DNA of 64,000 nt from Gamaleyavirus NAN33P5, in sequence record OZ035750.1; one strand, given 5' to 3'. Numbering within the stretch: position 1 is the stretch's first letter; each line of letters begins with the position of its first letter. Position numbers and translations under genes: made by a program. A model generated the notes under the pieces. That model was not told the origin of the DNA, ran no database searches, and saw only the letters and a list, made by a program, of their open reading frames with translations. Below, one piece after another: positions 42,609 to 51,398 of the stretch.

Positions 42609-42923
42609 TCAACCATTACGTTTACCTGCCATTGCTTGAAGGATAAATACTACAGCATCAGAAATCTGATCATCAGTTGGCTCAACTAATTGTCCATCCT
42701 CATCATACATTTCTTTCAGAAGTGCATTCAGTTCAGACATACCAGCCAGTACCATTTGCTCATTTGGTTCCAGCCATAATTTACGTTCTTCTGCTAGTGC
42801 AGCAATACACATACACAGAGAAGCGATGTTAGCTGGACAAGCAGCAATATCACCGGTAACTGCAATATCGCTAAGTGGAACAGCCTTGCCAGTTTTACTA
42901 TGAATAACTTCAGGATTAATCAT
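42609..42923 (-). CDS. hypothetical protein
   Basis: Start taken at MINPEV (ATG 42923) overlapping upstream stop. Confidence 0.45.
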   Translation of the reverse strand: MINPEVIHSKTGKAVPLSDIAVTGDIAACPANIASLCMCIAALAEERKLWLEPNEQMVLAGMSELNALLKEMYDEDGQLVEPTDDQISDAVVFILQAMAGKRNG

Positions 42924-43128
42924 GGATTTGCTCCAGGTTGTGGGCAGGAATAGGGAAACATGGATAGTCACCGGTAGGATCCAGTGTTACTGATACATGC
43001 AGTGTATTTGTCATTTGGGTTAACATCAGGGCAGCATTGAAATCATCTTGGATACAGGCATATACAATGTCACCTTTCTCACCCTCACACATTAGTGGAG
43101 TGTCTTTGATACAGTATTTAGCAGGCAT
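42916..43128 (-). CDS. hypothetical protein
   Basis: 70-aa ORF, translationally coupled to downstream gene. Confidence 0.45.
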   Translation of the reverse strand: MPAKYCIKDTPLMCEGEKGDIVYACIQDDFNAALMLTQMTNTLHVSVTLDPTGDYPCFPIPAHNLEQIHD

Positions 43129-43157
43129 ATGCCCTCCTAAAAGAGTTAATTGAAACC

Positions 43158-43184
43158 AAAAAAAGACCTCCCGAAGGAGGTCTT
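43158..43184 (-). terminator. rho-independent terminator (minus strand)
   Basis: AGACCTCC-TTCG-GGAGGTCT on minus strand followed by TTTTTTTGG. Confidence 0.6.
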
Positions 43185-43188
43185 AGGT

Positions 43189-43425
43189 TTACTTACGATT
43201 TTCTTCTACGAATTGTCGTAGACGTTCCTTAGCATCATCATGTTCCTTGATAGCTACATAGTCACGTGCATAGTAATACACACACCACAAGCCAAGAACA
43301 CATGCAGAGAAACGGGCTACTACAAAGAACATCTCTTCCAGGCTCTGTGCACCATGCAGTGCAAATACAAATTCCAGAACCAGGATGATACTTATAATCA
43401 TTGCTTGTATAGCTAGACGTTTCAT
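43189..43425 (-). CDS. small membrane protein
   Basis: 78 aa with two hydrophobic segments (IISIILVLEFVFALHG, VLGLWCVYYYA). Confidence 0.45.
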   Translation of the reverse strand: MKRLAIQAMIISIILVLEFVFALHGAQSLEEMFFVVARFSACVLGLWCVYYYARDYVAIKEHDDAKERLRQFVEENRK

Positions 43426-44366
43426 TCTGTAATTGTTTCCCCAGGGATTAGTTTACGTAATTGGATAAAATCTAACAGGTTGCCTGAATACAGATTACCT
43501 ACACGGTCCATAGATGTAACACCTTGTTCCCAGGTTAATGGGTTCTGGTTGTTAATGAACTTATCACCAAACAGCATAGGAGTTGCTTGATGTTCAGTAG
43601 GTGAAGCATGGATAGGTTGGTCTTCAACCAACTTAGCGAACAACCCTAAGTCCTCTTCAATAGTAGAAGGACGGCCTTCGAAATTGTTGTAAGAAGCACG
43701 AGCACAGCGAGCAGCACTTACTTTAAGAAGTAAACCATACACTTCTGCACCACTTGGTTCATCACGAGTAATTCGTTGATGTTTGCAGAAATCGTAAGCA
43801 GCAAAACGATCATTAGCAGTGATATATGGCATATGCCAATGCCCTTGCATGAGTTTTGATGGAACACTTTCATTATGAGCCTTACGCATTGCTTGGGCCA
43901 GTTCACGAATCTCTGGCTGTGCATCTTTATGGTCACGCAAGCCATAGAAGTTAGCCCAGCTAGTTGAAGTTACCACTACACGAATATGTGTGAAGGGTTC
44001 CAGAATACGGTTAACAATCTGTTTATGTACTTGTCCACGACGCAGTTGTTCAGCATATACAGCAGCAGCAGATGCAGCGTTATCCCAGATAAACTTAGCA
44101 TCCTCAATCTCCATAGGAGTGAGTTCTTCATCTGCTTGCATACCTTTCTGGTTCTTGCCCCAGTGACTTGGCATCACTGGTTCATTACGAACCTGTTCGA
44201 TGAACTTAGAGGTAGGGATAGCACGACTACTTGAAGCATTGCGGTTGAATACACGGTGGGTCATAAACTCACTGTGAATGAATCGGGGATAAACCAATTC
44301 AAAGGTAGTAATACGAGTACCCGTTGCATGATGAACGGAATCTGCAATGACAGTTGCCTTAATCAT
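43422..44366 (-). CDS. thyX: flavin-dependent thymidylate synthase (ThyX-like)
   Basis: SEFMTHRVFNRNASSSRAIP resembles the ThyX RHRxxSxNxxSxR signature; 314 aa. Confidence 0.45.
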   Translation of the reverse strand: MIKATVIADSVHHATGTRITTFELVYPRFIHSEFMTHRVFNRNASSSRAIPTSKFIEQVRNEPVMPSHWGKNQKGMQADEELTPMEIEDAKFIWDNAASAAAVYAEQLRRGQVHKQIVNRILEPFTHIRVVVTSTSWANFYGLRDHKDAQPEIRELAQAMRKAHNESVPSKLMQGHWHMPYITANDRFAAYDFCKHQRITRDEPSGAEVYGLLLKVSAARCARASYNNFEGRPSTIEEDLGLFAKLVEDQPIHASPTEHQATPMLFGDKFINNQNPLTWEQGVTSMDRVGNLYSGNLLDFIQLRKLIPGETITE

Positions 44367-44809
44367 TAGAATGACCTTAGATAGTTGGTGATACCACTAC
44401 GGCTTTCTGTAATCTTCTTGGCCTGAACATATACCAGCTTAAACTCACTACGTGGTAGTTCCTGTAATACTGCTATACCTTCAGTAAGAGCCACAGAACA
44501 TGCTACAGCGGTTTCTTTTTTAAAGGAGTACAAGTCTTCATATATGAGGGACTCATACTCTTTGCGGAGCATACAGAGAGCATCTCTTGCCTTATCACTT
44601 ACTTCTTGTGAACCAGCAGACATAGCTAAGCTGTATATGATAAAGACTTGTTCGAAAACAAAGTCCAGTAATCTATCAGGGTTGCTAGTCCCCATGAATA
44701 ATTTTGTTGCGTAGGAACGGGCTTTACGGTTGAGTTCGTACTCATCCTCTATGCCTTTATTATAAAGAACAGGACTTCGTTCCCTTTTTCTTAGGAATGG
44801 GATACGCAT
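44366..44809 (-). CDS. hypothetical protein
   Basis: 147-aa ORF, stop/start overlap with neighbours. Confidence 0.5.
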   Translation of the reverse strand: MRIPFLRKRERSPVLYNKGIEDEYELNRKARSYATKLFMGTSNPDRLLDFVFEQVFIIYSLAMSAGSQEVSDKARDALCMLRKEYESLIYEDLYSFKKETAVACSVALTEGIAVLQELPRSEFKLVYVQAKKITESRSGITNYLRSF

Positions 44810-45195
44810 TAGTATTTACTACTTCTTCTATACCAAGGGTAATGGTGGGTAGTGCTCTTGCCTTTGAACACATCCTTGGTATATGGATTTTTTTGTATTT
44901 GAGCCAGGTAAAGATACATGTCGTTATAACACGGACTAAGCCAGAACTTATCTATGATTCGGTATACCTTAGATTTCAGATGAGGTTCAGGAGGGATGTA
45001 TGGGAAAACATTAAATGATCTACTAGTCCATCCTTTCTGAATAAGAACTTGCATTGCTGCATAAACATCAGAGTTAATCCCATTATTTTCCACCAGGTCA
45101 TGCATAGTTTTACCTAAAGTAAGCATTGCAGTTTGTTCCAGTTTACTTAAGTCCAGTCCATATAAGATAGACTTACCATTTTGTCTGTTTGACAT
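44809..45195 (-). CDS. hypothetical protein
   Basis: 128-aa ORF. Confidence 0.5.
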   Translation of the reverse strand: MSNRQNGKSILYGLDLSKLEQTAMLTLGKTMHDLVENNGINSDVYAAMQVLIQKGWTSRSFNVFPYIPPEPHLKSKVYRIIDKFWLSPCYNDMYLYLAQIQKNPYTKDVFKGKSTTHHYPWYRRSSKY

Positions 45196-45210
45196 AAGAG
45201 TACCTGTAAT

Positions 45211-45238
45211 TAAAAAAGCCCACGGGTTAGGTGGGCTT
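45211..45238 (-). terminator. rho-independent terminator (minus strand)
   Basis: AGCCCAC-CTAACCC-GTGGGCT on minus strand followed by TTTTTT. Confidence 0.55.
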
Positions 45239-45312
45239 GGATTAGGAGATGGATAAGCAATGAGCTGGAAGTAACTTCCACAAGCACCACCATATAATGA
45301 TGCTTAGGTTAG

Positions 45313-45591
45313 TTACTCTGCTTTACTGTCACCATTGGTTTGAACAACAGTTACATTTGTAACTTGGTTCTGACCTTTGTTAGACAATGACCAGATCAGT
45401 GCTACTACCCAGAAGATTAAAGACCAGCCTAATACGATATTGAGTACACCAATACCCCACTTAGAGGCATGGCCTCGTGCAAAAGCAATGATAGTAGGGA
45501 TAAGGTATACAGCTAATATGAATAAGAAAACAAGGATTGCTGCTAAAGATTCCATGATGGTTCCTATGTGAGGTTTAGTTAGTTTCTTCAC
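45313..45591 (-). CDS. superinfection-immunity-like small membrane protein
   Basis: Two TM segments; YLIPTIIAFARGH...NIVLGWSLIFWVVALIWSLS matches the Imm-type pattern (IIAF-RGH, GW...W..AL.W). Confidence 0.4.
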   Translation of the reverse strand: MKKLTKPHIGTIMESLAAILVFLFILAVYLIPTIIAFARGHASKWGIGVLNIVLGWSLIFWVVALIWSLSNKGQNQVTNVTVVQTNGDSKAE

Positions 45592-45628
45592 AAATAGCCC
45601 AACTATGCCGGGCTATTTAGGCAGCTAC

Positions 45629-45835
45629 TTACTCAGCATCTTTGCTTGCAGGAGCAAGAGCTTTCTTCAGGTAATTACGTACTGAACGATAGGTTTCTTT
45701 GGTAATTACTACATCACCACCTACGGTAGTAATAGCAGAGTTACCTGCGGTAAGTTCTTGTACTGCAATCACTTGGTTCGCATTAATGGTCAGGCGAATA
45801 CCAATACTTTCTTGAGTTACTTGAAATACTGACAT
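45629..45835 (-). CDS. hypothetical protein
   Basis: 68-aa ORF. Confidence 0.4.
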   Translation of the reverse strand: MSVFQVTQESIGIRLTINANQVIAVQELTAGNSAITTVGGDVVITKETYRSVRNYLKKALAPASKDAE

Positions 45836-45865
45836 ATTGTTTCCTTGATTAAGCCGGATAGCCTT

Positions 45866-46372
45866 TTATTTTGAAGGTCTAGCAGCTACTGGTTTGTTTT
45901 CCTGGTTATTGTACTTGCCAGTATATGTGGCAGGTTCTTGAACCAGATGAAATAATACTTGAGCTATCCCAGCACCAGCCGGGATATGCAGCTTCTTACG
46001 ACCATGATAGACCAGTTCGAGGGTAAGATACCCTTTCCATCCTGGTTCTATTACAGTATTAAATACAGATAATGCACGTCTTGCCCATGTGGATTTATCG
46101 TGAACGATAGCTACACAGGATGGAGACATGTTGAACTTCTCAATTGCTGAAGCCAATGCGAATTTACCGAAATGGCGTGATACTTGTTTTCCATCAACGA
46201 TTTTCACCATTGGAATCAACCCAAATAAGCGATAGAAGGTGATGTCTTGTTTGATACGAATATCATATCCAGCTTCGCCCAACCCATAGCTTACACCATG
46301 CTCGGATACCTTACGGTCTGGGACATCCAGCAATTGAGATGAACGGTATAGAGAATTACCATTAACAACCAT
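45866..46372 (-). CDS. dCTP deaminase / dUTPase-fold protein
   Basis: GYDIRI, IEPGWKGYLTLEL and GAGIAQ segments typical of the dCTP deaminase/dUTPase superfamily. Confidence 0.4.
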   Translation of the reverse strand: MVVNGNSLYRSSQLLDVPDRKVSEHGVSYGLGEAGYDIRIKQDITFYRLFGLIPMVKIVDGKQVSRHFGKFALASAIEKFNMSPSCVAIVHDKSTWARRALSVFNTVIEPGWKGYLTLELVYHGRKKLHIPAGAGIAQVLFHLVQEPATYTGKYNNQENKPVAARPSK

Positions 46373-47547
46373 TATTTCATTCCTTTAGGGATATGAACTA
46401 CCTCCCCAAAAGGTACGGTAGCATTAGGATTATTCAGAACACACCAGATGATAGGGATATCAAATGGTAATTCTTCCATAGGACGAACATACATATCGGA
46501 GAATATGATTGCAGCGGTTGGCTTATTCTTAATAATCCATTCACGCACTGGTTCAAGGTTTGTACCACCACGACCAGTAATCTTAATCTCTTCAAAAGTA
46601 TCTTCTTCAGTGATGTCCATCTCTTCTTGGATAATATCGTCGAAGGTAATTAAGGACATCTTCTTAGGATTGAACTGGCTCTTAACGTAGGCAACCTCTG
46701 AGTTAAAACGCAGAGAGTCAGCACTACTAATAGAACCAGATACATCCTCAAAGTAAGCTAAGTGTCGTAAGCGTCCTTCATCATCTTCCAGAGAAGGTAG
46801 ATAGATGTCAGTGAAACGACGGTTAGGTCTGGCCCATGTATAGTGTGAGTCATCAATGTCGGTAAAGAAGTTCAGTAGGACTTCCTGCCAAGGAACCACT
46901 GGTTTAAGGAATTGGGTAATAACCTCTTCCATACGACCAGCACCCTTACCAGGCATCATTCCACCAGCCATCTTCTGGCTTTGCATTGCACGTACTACGT
47001 TGTTGACAACAGCACCCTGGGACTGCCCCGAAGAGGGAGCTTTCATGTCGCCAGCAAGACCTGCTCCAGCACCCCCTGACGGCTTCTGCCTTTTCTGAGG
47101 GTTCTTCATCAGGTCATCGTAGATGTCTTCTTCAACCCATCCTTTATATTGAGGGTCTTTGCAAATGCCTTTATCGATACCAGTGAACTTGTAACCATCT
47201 TCCTCTAACTGAAGATTAATGAAGTGATCACATGCCTGGTTCCAGACTTCCGGGTCACGGCTTCCACAACGGATGCCATGGAGATATGCCACATGCCAGA
47301 GTTCGTGCATTAGTACTGTTTCTCTTGCATCGGGACACATCCAGACAAAGAAGTCTGGGTTGAAATGGAGTTCTATCCCATCAGTACATGCAGTGGGGCA
47401 GTCTTCACGTTTCCATGAGAACTTAAGACTACACAGCAATGAACCAAAAAATGCAGCAGAGCGTCCAAGGAATGCATTAGCCTGAATACGGTCATACTCA
47501 CGCATGAGTTGTTCATCACTAAGTGTGTGCTGAGGTATCTGGTTCAT
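46372..47547 (-). CDS. VWA-like protein with N-terminal HExxH metallopeptidase-like domain
   Basis: LMHELWHVAYLHG (HExxH) in N-terminal part; 391 aa immediately downstream of the AAA+ ATPase, the usual MoxR-partner arrangement. Confidence 0.4.
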   Translation of the reverse strand: MNQIPQHTLSDEQLMREYDRIQANAFLGRSAAFFGSLLCSLKFSWKREDCPTACTDGIELHFNPDFFVWMCPDARETVLMHELWHVAYLHGIRCGSRDPEVWNQACDHFINLQLEEDGYKFTGIDKGICKDPQYKGWVEEDIYDDLMKNPQKRQKPSGGAGAGLAGDMKAPSSGQSQGAVVNNVVRAMQSQKMAGGMMPGKGAGRMEEVITQFLKPVVPWQEVLLNFFTDIDDSHYTWARPNRRFTDIYLPSLEDDEGRLRHLAYFEDVSGSISSADSLRFNSEVAYVKSQFNPKKMSLITFDDIIQEEMDITEEDTFEEIKITGRGGTNLEPVREWIIKNKPTAAIIFSDMYVRPMEELPFDIPIIWCVLNNPNATVPFGEVVHIPKGMK

Positions 47548-47554
47548 GTTGTGA

Positions 47555-47959
47555 TTATCCGTGAATGTAACGAGAGATGTTGGCAGCAGCCTTACGCCAT
47601 TCAGGGGTAGCCTGAATTTCTGGTAATGCTTTACCTACTGTACGGAAGTACAGAATCTTATGGGTGAACGTTTTAAAGCGTTCAATATACTGAAGTACAT
47701 CAGCGAAGTTATCTTCAGTAGTCTTGTTAGCCAAATGGTTAACGGTAGCCCAACACAGGTTATTATCTTCCGGTAGTACACAGCCCAAAGGGTCTTTAAC
47801 TACCTTCTCAATCGTAATCATACGATTGTATACCTGAGTGAACTGAACAAATTCTGTAGCTTTACCGGCAGTAACGTGGCCTGCATAGTAGATAGAATCT
47901 TCATCAGGCAGAGCACCTTCCGGTCGGTTCTTAAGGTCTTTGTTAACAAAGTCCCAAGT
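47555..47959 (-). CDS. AAA+ ATPase, proposed exon 3
   Basis: ORF 47555-47983; frame stays open upstream to a stop at 48017; 5' boundary set 14 nt after the conserved TTGCGAACTA element (intron then ends in G), by analogy with intron 1. Confidence 0.45.
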   Translation of the reverse strand, partial: TWDFVNKDLKNRPEGALPDEDSIYYAGHVTAGKATEFVQFTQVYNRMITIEKVVKDPLGCVLPEDNNLCWATVNHLANKTTEDNFADVLQYIERFKTFTHKILYFRTVGKALPEIQATPEWRKAAANISRYIHG

Positions 47960-47964
47960 CGTGA

Positions 47965-48137
47965 TATTCGACGTAGTTCGCAAGACTACGCCCGTTCTCT
48001 TATGAACTGCTGCATGTCACCATGCAGACTAGACTATATCAACACCCTTAGCATTACCTGTAGGGTGGCTACCATTTCGAGCATCATTAGCTTATGCTCT
48101 ACTCCCTCCCGGGATAGTCGTTGGACATTTATGGAAG
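47965..48137 (-). repeat. conserved intron 3' element, copy A
   Basis: Shares TAGTTCGCAA, CTGCTGCATGTCACCATGCAGA, AGACTATATCAA, ACC(A/G)TTTCGAG and GATAGTCGTTTGG blocks with 49160-49350. Confidence 0.55.
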
Positions 48138-48713
48138 TCAGAAATTACGTTTACGTCTAGTATCCCCAATTGAGTCCAGATAGGCATCTACGGCTTTAGC
48201 AGCAGCTACCTCATCTTTAAACTGTTTGTAGAATACTACCTTGTAATTATCTTTAACCTTGGCTTCGTAATAAGTGTAAATTTTATCTTTATACTTACTA
48301 CGACGTATGTGCACATTATGGTACACAGACTTACCTGGTTTAGGGGCTAGCCCAGTTTTATGAGCATGGAGATTATTGTCTTGTGTGGTGCATGGTTCCA
48401 GGTTGTCTTCATGGTTATTCTCCTTATTACCATCTAAGTGGTTAACAGGATCACCATACTTAAAGCCTGGTTTAAATGCTGCACAAACGAGTTGATGAAT
48501 AGTTTTCTTATGGGTCTTCCCATCTTTGTACATAGAGGCATACAGATAGCCTAATCGGTTCTTGTTAAGTGCCCTGATAAGGGGCTTAACTTCTCTGTAC
48601 TTATTTACAGATTGGCGTGACTCATGCTTACGGTATTTACCTGTATTAGATACTTGGTATAAACCTTCAAATTCAACAACATCTTTCCAAATCTCACTCA
48701 TGCTGACTCCCAA
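48138..48713 (-). CDS. HNH homing endonuclease (intron-encoded)
   Basis: N-terminal EIWKDVVEFEGLYQVSNTGKY (NUMOD4-like) and HQLVCAAF...NHLDGNKENNHEDNLEPCTTQDN HNH core; 191 aa. Confidence 0.7.
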   Translation of the reverse strand: MGVSMSEIWKDVVEFEGLYQVSNTGKYRKHESRQSVNKYREVKPLIRALNKNRLGYLYASMYKDGKTHKKTIHQLVCAAFKPGFKYGDPVNHLDGNKENNHEDNLEPCTTQDNNLHAHKTGLAPKPGKSVYHNVHIRRSKYKDKIYTYYEAKVKDNYKVVFYKQFKDEVAAAKAVDAYLDSIGDTRRKRNF

Positions 48714-48804
48714 TTTAGTAACGGATTGACTTTTACATATTACCTTTAGGCAACAGAAAGTAAAGTGTTTCCCGTTTTAGGCAGCTTTAGACAGGGAATT
48801 ACTC

Positions 48805-49158
48805 CCCTGAATCGCAGTGTGTTTACGAGGACAACAGAATGTCTTGTTCTTATGGGCAGGGTCGAAGTCGTGCAGATAGCCAGGGTTAGCATGTAAGAAT
48901 GCAACCAGACGCTCATCCCATTCTTGTGGAATCATTACGTCTTCAACAAAGATGTCGAAGTTAAGTTCCATTTCGAAGTGGACAACACGAGACTGCATTG
49001 CAGTACCCAGTGGGTTAACGATGGCTCGGTCAGTAGCTTTGTTACCGGCACAGATAATCATCACATTAGGGTGAAGTTTTTTCTGTCCAGTCATACGGTC
49101 TAGAATCAGTTTGTATGCAGCAGCTACTACTTCTTTCTTAGCTGAGTTGAATTCGTCG
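48805..49158 (-). CDS. AAA+ ATPase, proposed exon 2
   Basis: Frame open from 49157 (DEFNSAKKEVV...) with in-frame stop just upstream; completes Walker B (LLFL+DEF) and supplies sensor-1-like NVMIICAGN; 3' end uncertain. Confidence 0.5.
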
Positions 49159-49159
49159 C

Positions 49160-49350
49160 ATTATCTTCACATTAGTTCGCAACTACTAATGCCGTCAGTA
49201 CACTCAGTGAATACTGACTGCTGCATGTCACCATGCAGAGGAGACTATATCAAAGCCCTATTGCTAGGGCTGTTACCGTTTCGAGTGCCATTGGCTTGCA
49301 CCCTACTCTACTCACTTCCACATTTCTGTGTGTTTTCGATAGTCGTTTGG
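49160..49350 (-). repeat. conserved intron 3' element, copy B
   Basis: Same conserved blocks as 47965-48137, in the same order. Confidence 0.55.
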
Positions 49351-49353
49351 CGT

Positions 49354-49923
49354 TTAAATGAAATTGGTACTGTACCCAATCTGTGTAAGATTGTTGTTAG
49401 TTACGTAGGAGTCATAGGCTTTGGCAGCCTCTTCCTCTGTTTTGTAACGTCCCAAACCAATAGATTTCTTGTTAACCCTTATATGGGCACACCATCTTTG
49501 TCTTTGCTCACTCCAGGATACACCTACGTATTTGGAGGAGCCTCCACGATTTTTGTTACTAGCGTTGGCATGTCTGTTTGACAATAATCCAGTATCCCAA
49601 GCATGTTTAATATTTTGGGACTGGGTACACCATTCCAGGTTACTCTCGTGGTTATTAAGAGGGTTTCCATCTATATGATTAATAACTGGATAGTTATTGG
49701 GGTTTGGTACAAAGGCTATGCCTACCAGACGATGAACTTGATATTTGTACACTTTACTATTCATGTACAGGTTCACGCAGTAGTACCCTTTGTTATTAAG
49801 ATACGGTTTTATATGTGTCCTATTTTTGTATTTATACTTTCCTTCTTTTCGGCGTACTACACCAAAGTTGGAAACTTCATACGGTAAGTCGGGCACATCT
49901 TTCCAAATTTCATTATTTAGCAC
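49354..49923 (-). CDS. HNH homing endonuclease with AP2-like domain (intron-encoded)
   Basis: EIWKDVPDLPYEVSNFGVV, HRLVGIAFVPNP...NHIDGNPLNNHESNLEWCTQSQN HNH core, C-terminal YVGVSWSEQRQRWCAHI...YKTEEEAAKAYD AP2-like; 189 aa. Confidence 0.75.
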   Translation of the reverse strand: MLNNEIWKDVPDLPYEVSNFGVVRRKEGKYKYKNRTHIKPYLNNKGYYCVNLYMNSKVYKYQVHRLVGIAFVPNPNNYPVINHIDGNPLNNHESNLEWCTQSQNIKHAWDTGLLSNRHANASNKNRGGSSKYVGVSWSEQRQRWCAHIRVNKKSIGLGRYKTEEEAAKAYDSYVTNNNLTQIGYSTNFI

Positions 49924-50040
49924 AGGATTGTCTCCAATTGATTAAAACTCAAGTATACACCTGAGCCAACCATATTAGAAGAGGTTCCCTGTTTAGGTAA
50001 CTTTCGACATGAGATTGCTCTCATGAAGCCCCGTCAGTTA

Positions 50041-50354
50041 AGGAACAAGAGCCAGCCATTATAACCTTCTGGTACTTCGTCACCCTCGATAGGGAATAAG
50101 TCAGCGAAAGGGATAAACTCTGCACGATCACCATTACGGAATGGTAGACCAGACAAGTCTTCCGGGGCAGAAGTAGACAGACGATGGTCAATCAGCTTCA
50201 TGCCAAATTCTTCTGCAACAGAACGAATAATTGCAGACTTACCCATGCCAGGTGATGAAGTCAGGAACGGTACGTTACCTGCTTGCAAGGCACGGATAAT
50301 AAAGTTACGGGCTTGGCGTGTATTACATACAGTCAAGGAGTCAATGCTCGCCAT
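50041..50354 (-). CDS. AAA+ ATPase (MoxR-like), exon 1
   Basis: Walker A SSPGMGKSAI; ORF ends ...YNGWLLFLN-stop exactly where a Walker B hhhhDE is expected. Confidence 0.6.
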
Positions 50355-50388
50355 TTACTTACTCTCCTAAAGTTAATGGAATTACTAA

Positions 50389-50715
50389 TTAAGATTTAAC
50401 GCAGGGATACGCTGTATCAATCGCTAACAGAACCATGTCTGACGATATTTTTACTGCATTTACCTTTCGGTCATACAGAATAATAGATGCCACTCTGTCA
50501 AAAATGGGTCCTAACTTCATATCGTCAGGTACACAATTCTTTCCTGCTTCCACTCCCATAGTAACCATGCCCATGAAGTAACCCTGGTTCACAAAGTTTG
50601 CATTATTGGCTTTGTAATCAGCAGCAGCTTCCAACAAGGTTGCACGACTAGATGCCTGAGCACCGAATGAAAGAACTGATAGAGCTACAAGAACAACAGC
50701 AATTAAAGTTTTCAT
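50389..50715 (-). CDS. secreted/periplasmic small protein
   Basis: N-terminal signal-peptide-like MKTLIAVVLVALSVLSFGAQA; 108 aa. Confidence 0.5.
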   Translation of the reverse strand: MKTLIAVVLVALSVLSFGAQASSRATLLEAAADYKANNANFVNQGYFMGMVTMGVEAGKNCVPDDMKLGPIFDRVASIILYDRKVNAVKISSDMVLLAIDTAYPCVKS

Positions 50716-50901
50716 TTAGTTACCTTTTAACTCGTTGAGTTGAAGTACTCCGGTAGGGGTTAATGACCACCCAAGACCAGTATTGAACTGTACTAAGCCC
50801 AGCTTCTTAAGAGACTGTGCGGTTTTGTTATTACGGTTGCTGGTGGCAGAACCACCTTGAACCATGCGAAGGAAGATTGCTTGGGACTGGGTAAGTTTCA
50901 T
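50716..50901 (-). CDS. small hypothetical protein
   Basis: 61-aa ORF, start abuts upstream stop. Confidence 0.4.
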   Translation of the reverse strand: MKLTQSQAIFLRMVQGGSATSNRNNKTAQSLKKLGLVQFNTGLGWSLTPTGVLQLNELKGN

Positions 50902-51107
50902 AGGTAATATGCTTCCAGGTTTATTGGCGTTACGAATGTACTTGCTGATAGACAGAATGATTTACCAGTCTCTACAGCAACAGCAGCAGGTTTACCATCT
51001 GGTAAGTGAATCTTTAAACACACAGACTGGTTATATATAAAACCGTTAGCAGGTTGCACATCACCGAAAGTTACTTCAGTGTTTTCAGAACGATTTGTTA
51101 CTCTCAT
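50898..51107 (-). CDS. small hypothetical protein
   Basis: 69-aa ORF with 4-nt overlaps on both sides. Confidence 0.4.
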   Translation of the reverse strand: MRVTNRSENTEVTFGDVQPANGFIYNQSVCLKIHLPDGKPAAVAVETGKSFCLSASTFVTPINLEAYYL

Positions 51108-51292
51108 TTCTTCTCCGGTACGAACTGCATTACGCAGCTTTGATTACGAGGGATATTCAATTCACATTCATGCTTGAGGGTTTGCGTTACAGAATTTGGA
51201 GTAGAACCAAAGTAGGTATTAGAAATATCTACAATTCCTGCACCAATGATCCCACCTAGTATGAATGAGAAAAATGCAATCTCTTTGTACAT
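51104..51292 (-). CDS. small membrane protein
   Basis: 62 aa, hydrophobic N-terminus IAFFSFILGGIIGAGIV. Confidence 0.4.
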   Translation of the reverse strand: MYKEIAFFSFILGGIIGAGIVDISNTYFGSTPNSVTQTLKHECELNIPRNQSCVMQFVPEKK

Positions 51293-51317
51293 TTCCTGGC
51301 TCCGGTTTGTTTAAGTC

Positions 51318-51347
51318 AAAAAAAGACCTCCCTTTAATATGGAGGTC
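51318..51347 (-). terminator. rho-independent terminator (minus strand)
   Basis: GACCTCC-ATATTAAAG-GGAGGTC on minus strand followed by TTTTTTT. Confidence 0.6.
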
Positions 51348-51398
51348 AAACATGAGGGTTTCATATCAGGGTTTATAACTCCAAGAAAGCAATAATGC

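Larger units (their letters stand above)
47960..48804 (-). mobile_element. putative group I intron 2 (carries HNH endonuclease gene)
   Basis: Interrupts the ATPase reading frame; contains HNH ORF 48138-48713 and a 3' element shared with intron 1; 5' boundary uncertain by about 25 nt. Confidence 0.4.
49159..50040 (-). mobile_element. putative group I intron 1 (carries HNH endonuclease gene)
   Basis: About 880 nt between exon 1 (ends in T) and exon 2; intron ends in G; contains HNH ORF and conserved 3' structured element. Confidence 0.5.

Noticed and set aside
42916-42971. Possible programmed frameshift joining ORFs 42916-43128 and 42609-42971
   Set aside because: A conventional ATG (42923) overlaps the upstream stop in an ATGATTAA arrangement, so simple translational coupling explains the overlap
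49111-49581. 156-aa plus-strand ORF inside intron 1
   Set aside because: Antisense to the HNH endonuclease ORF and intron RNA; no RBS; odd composition
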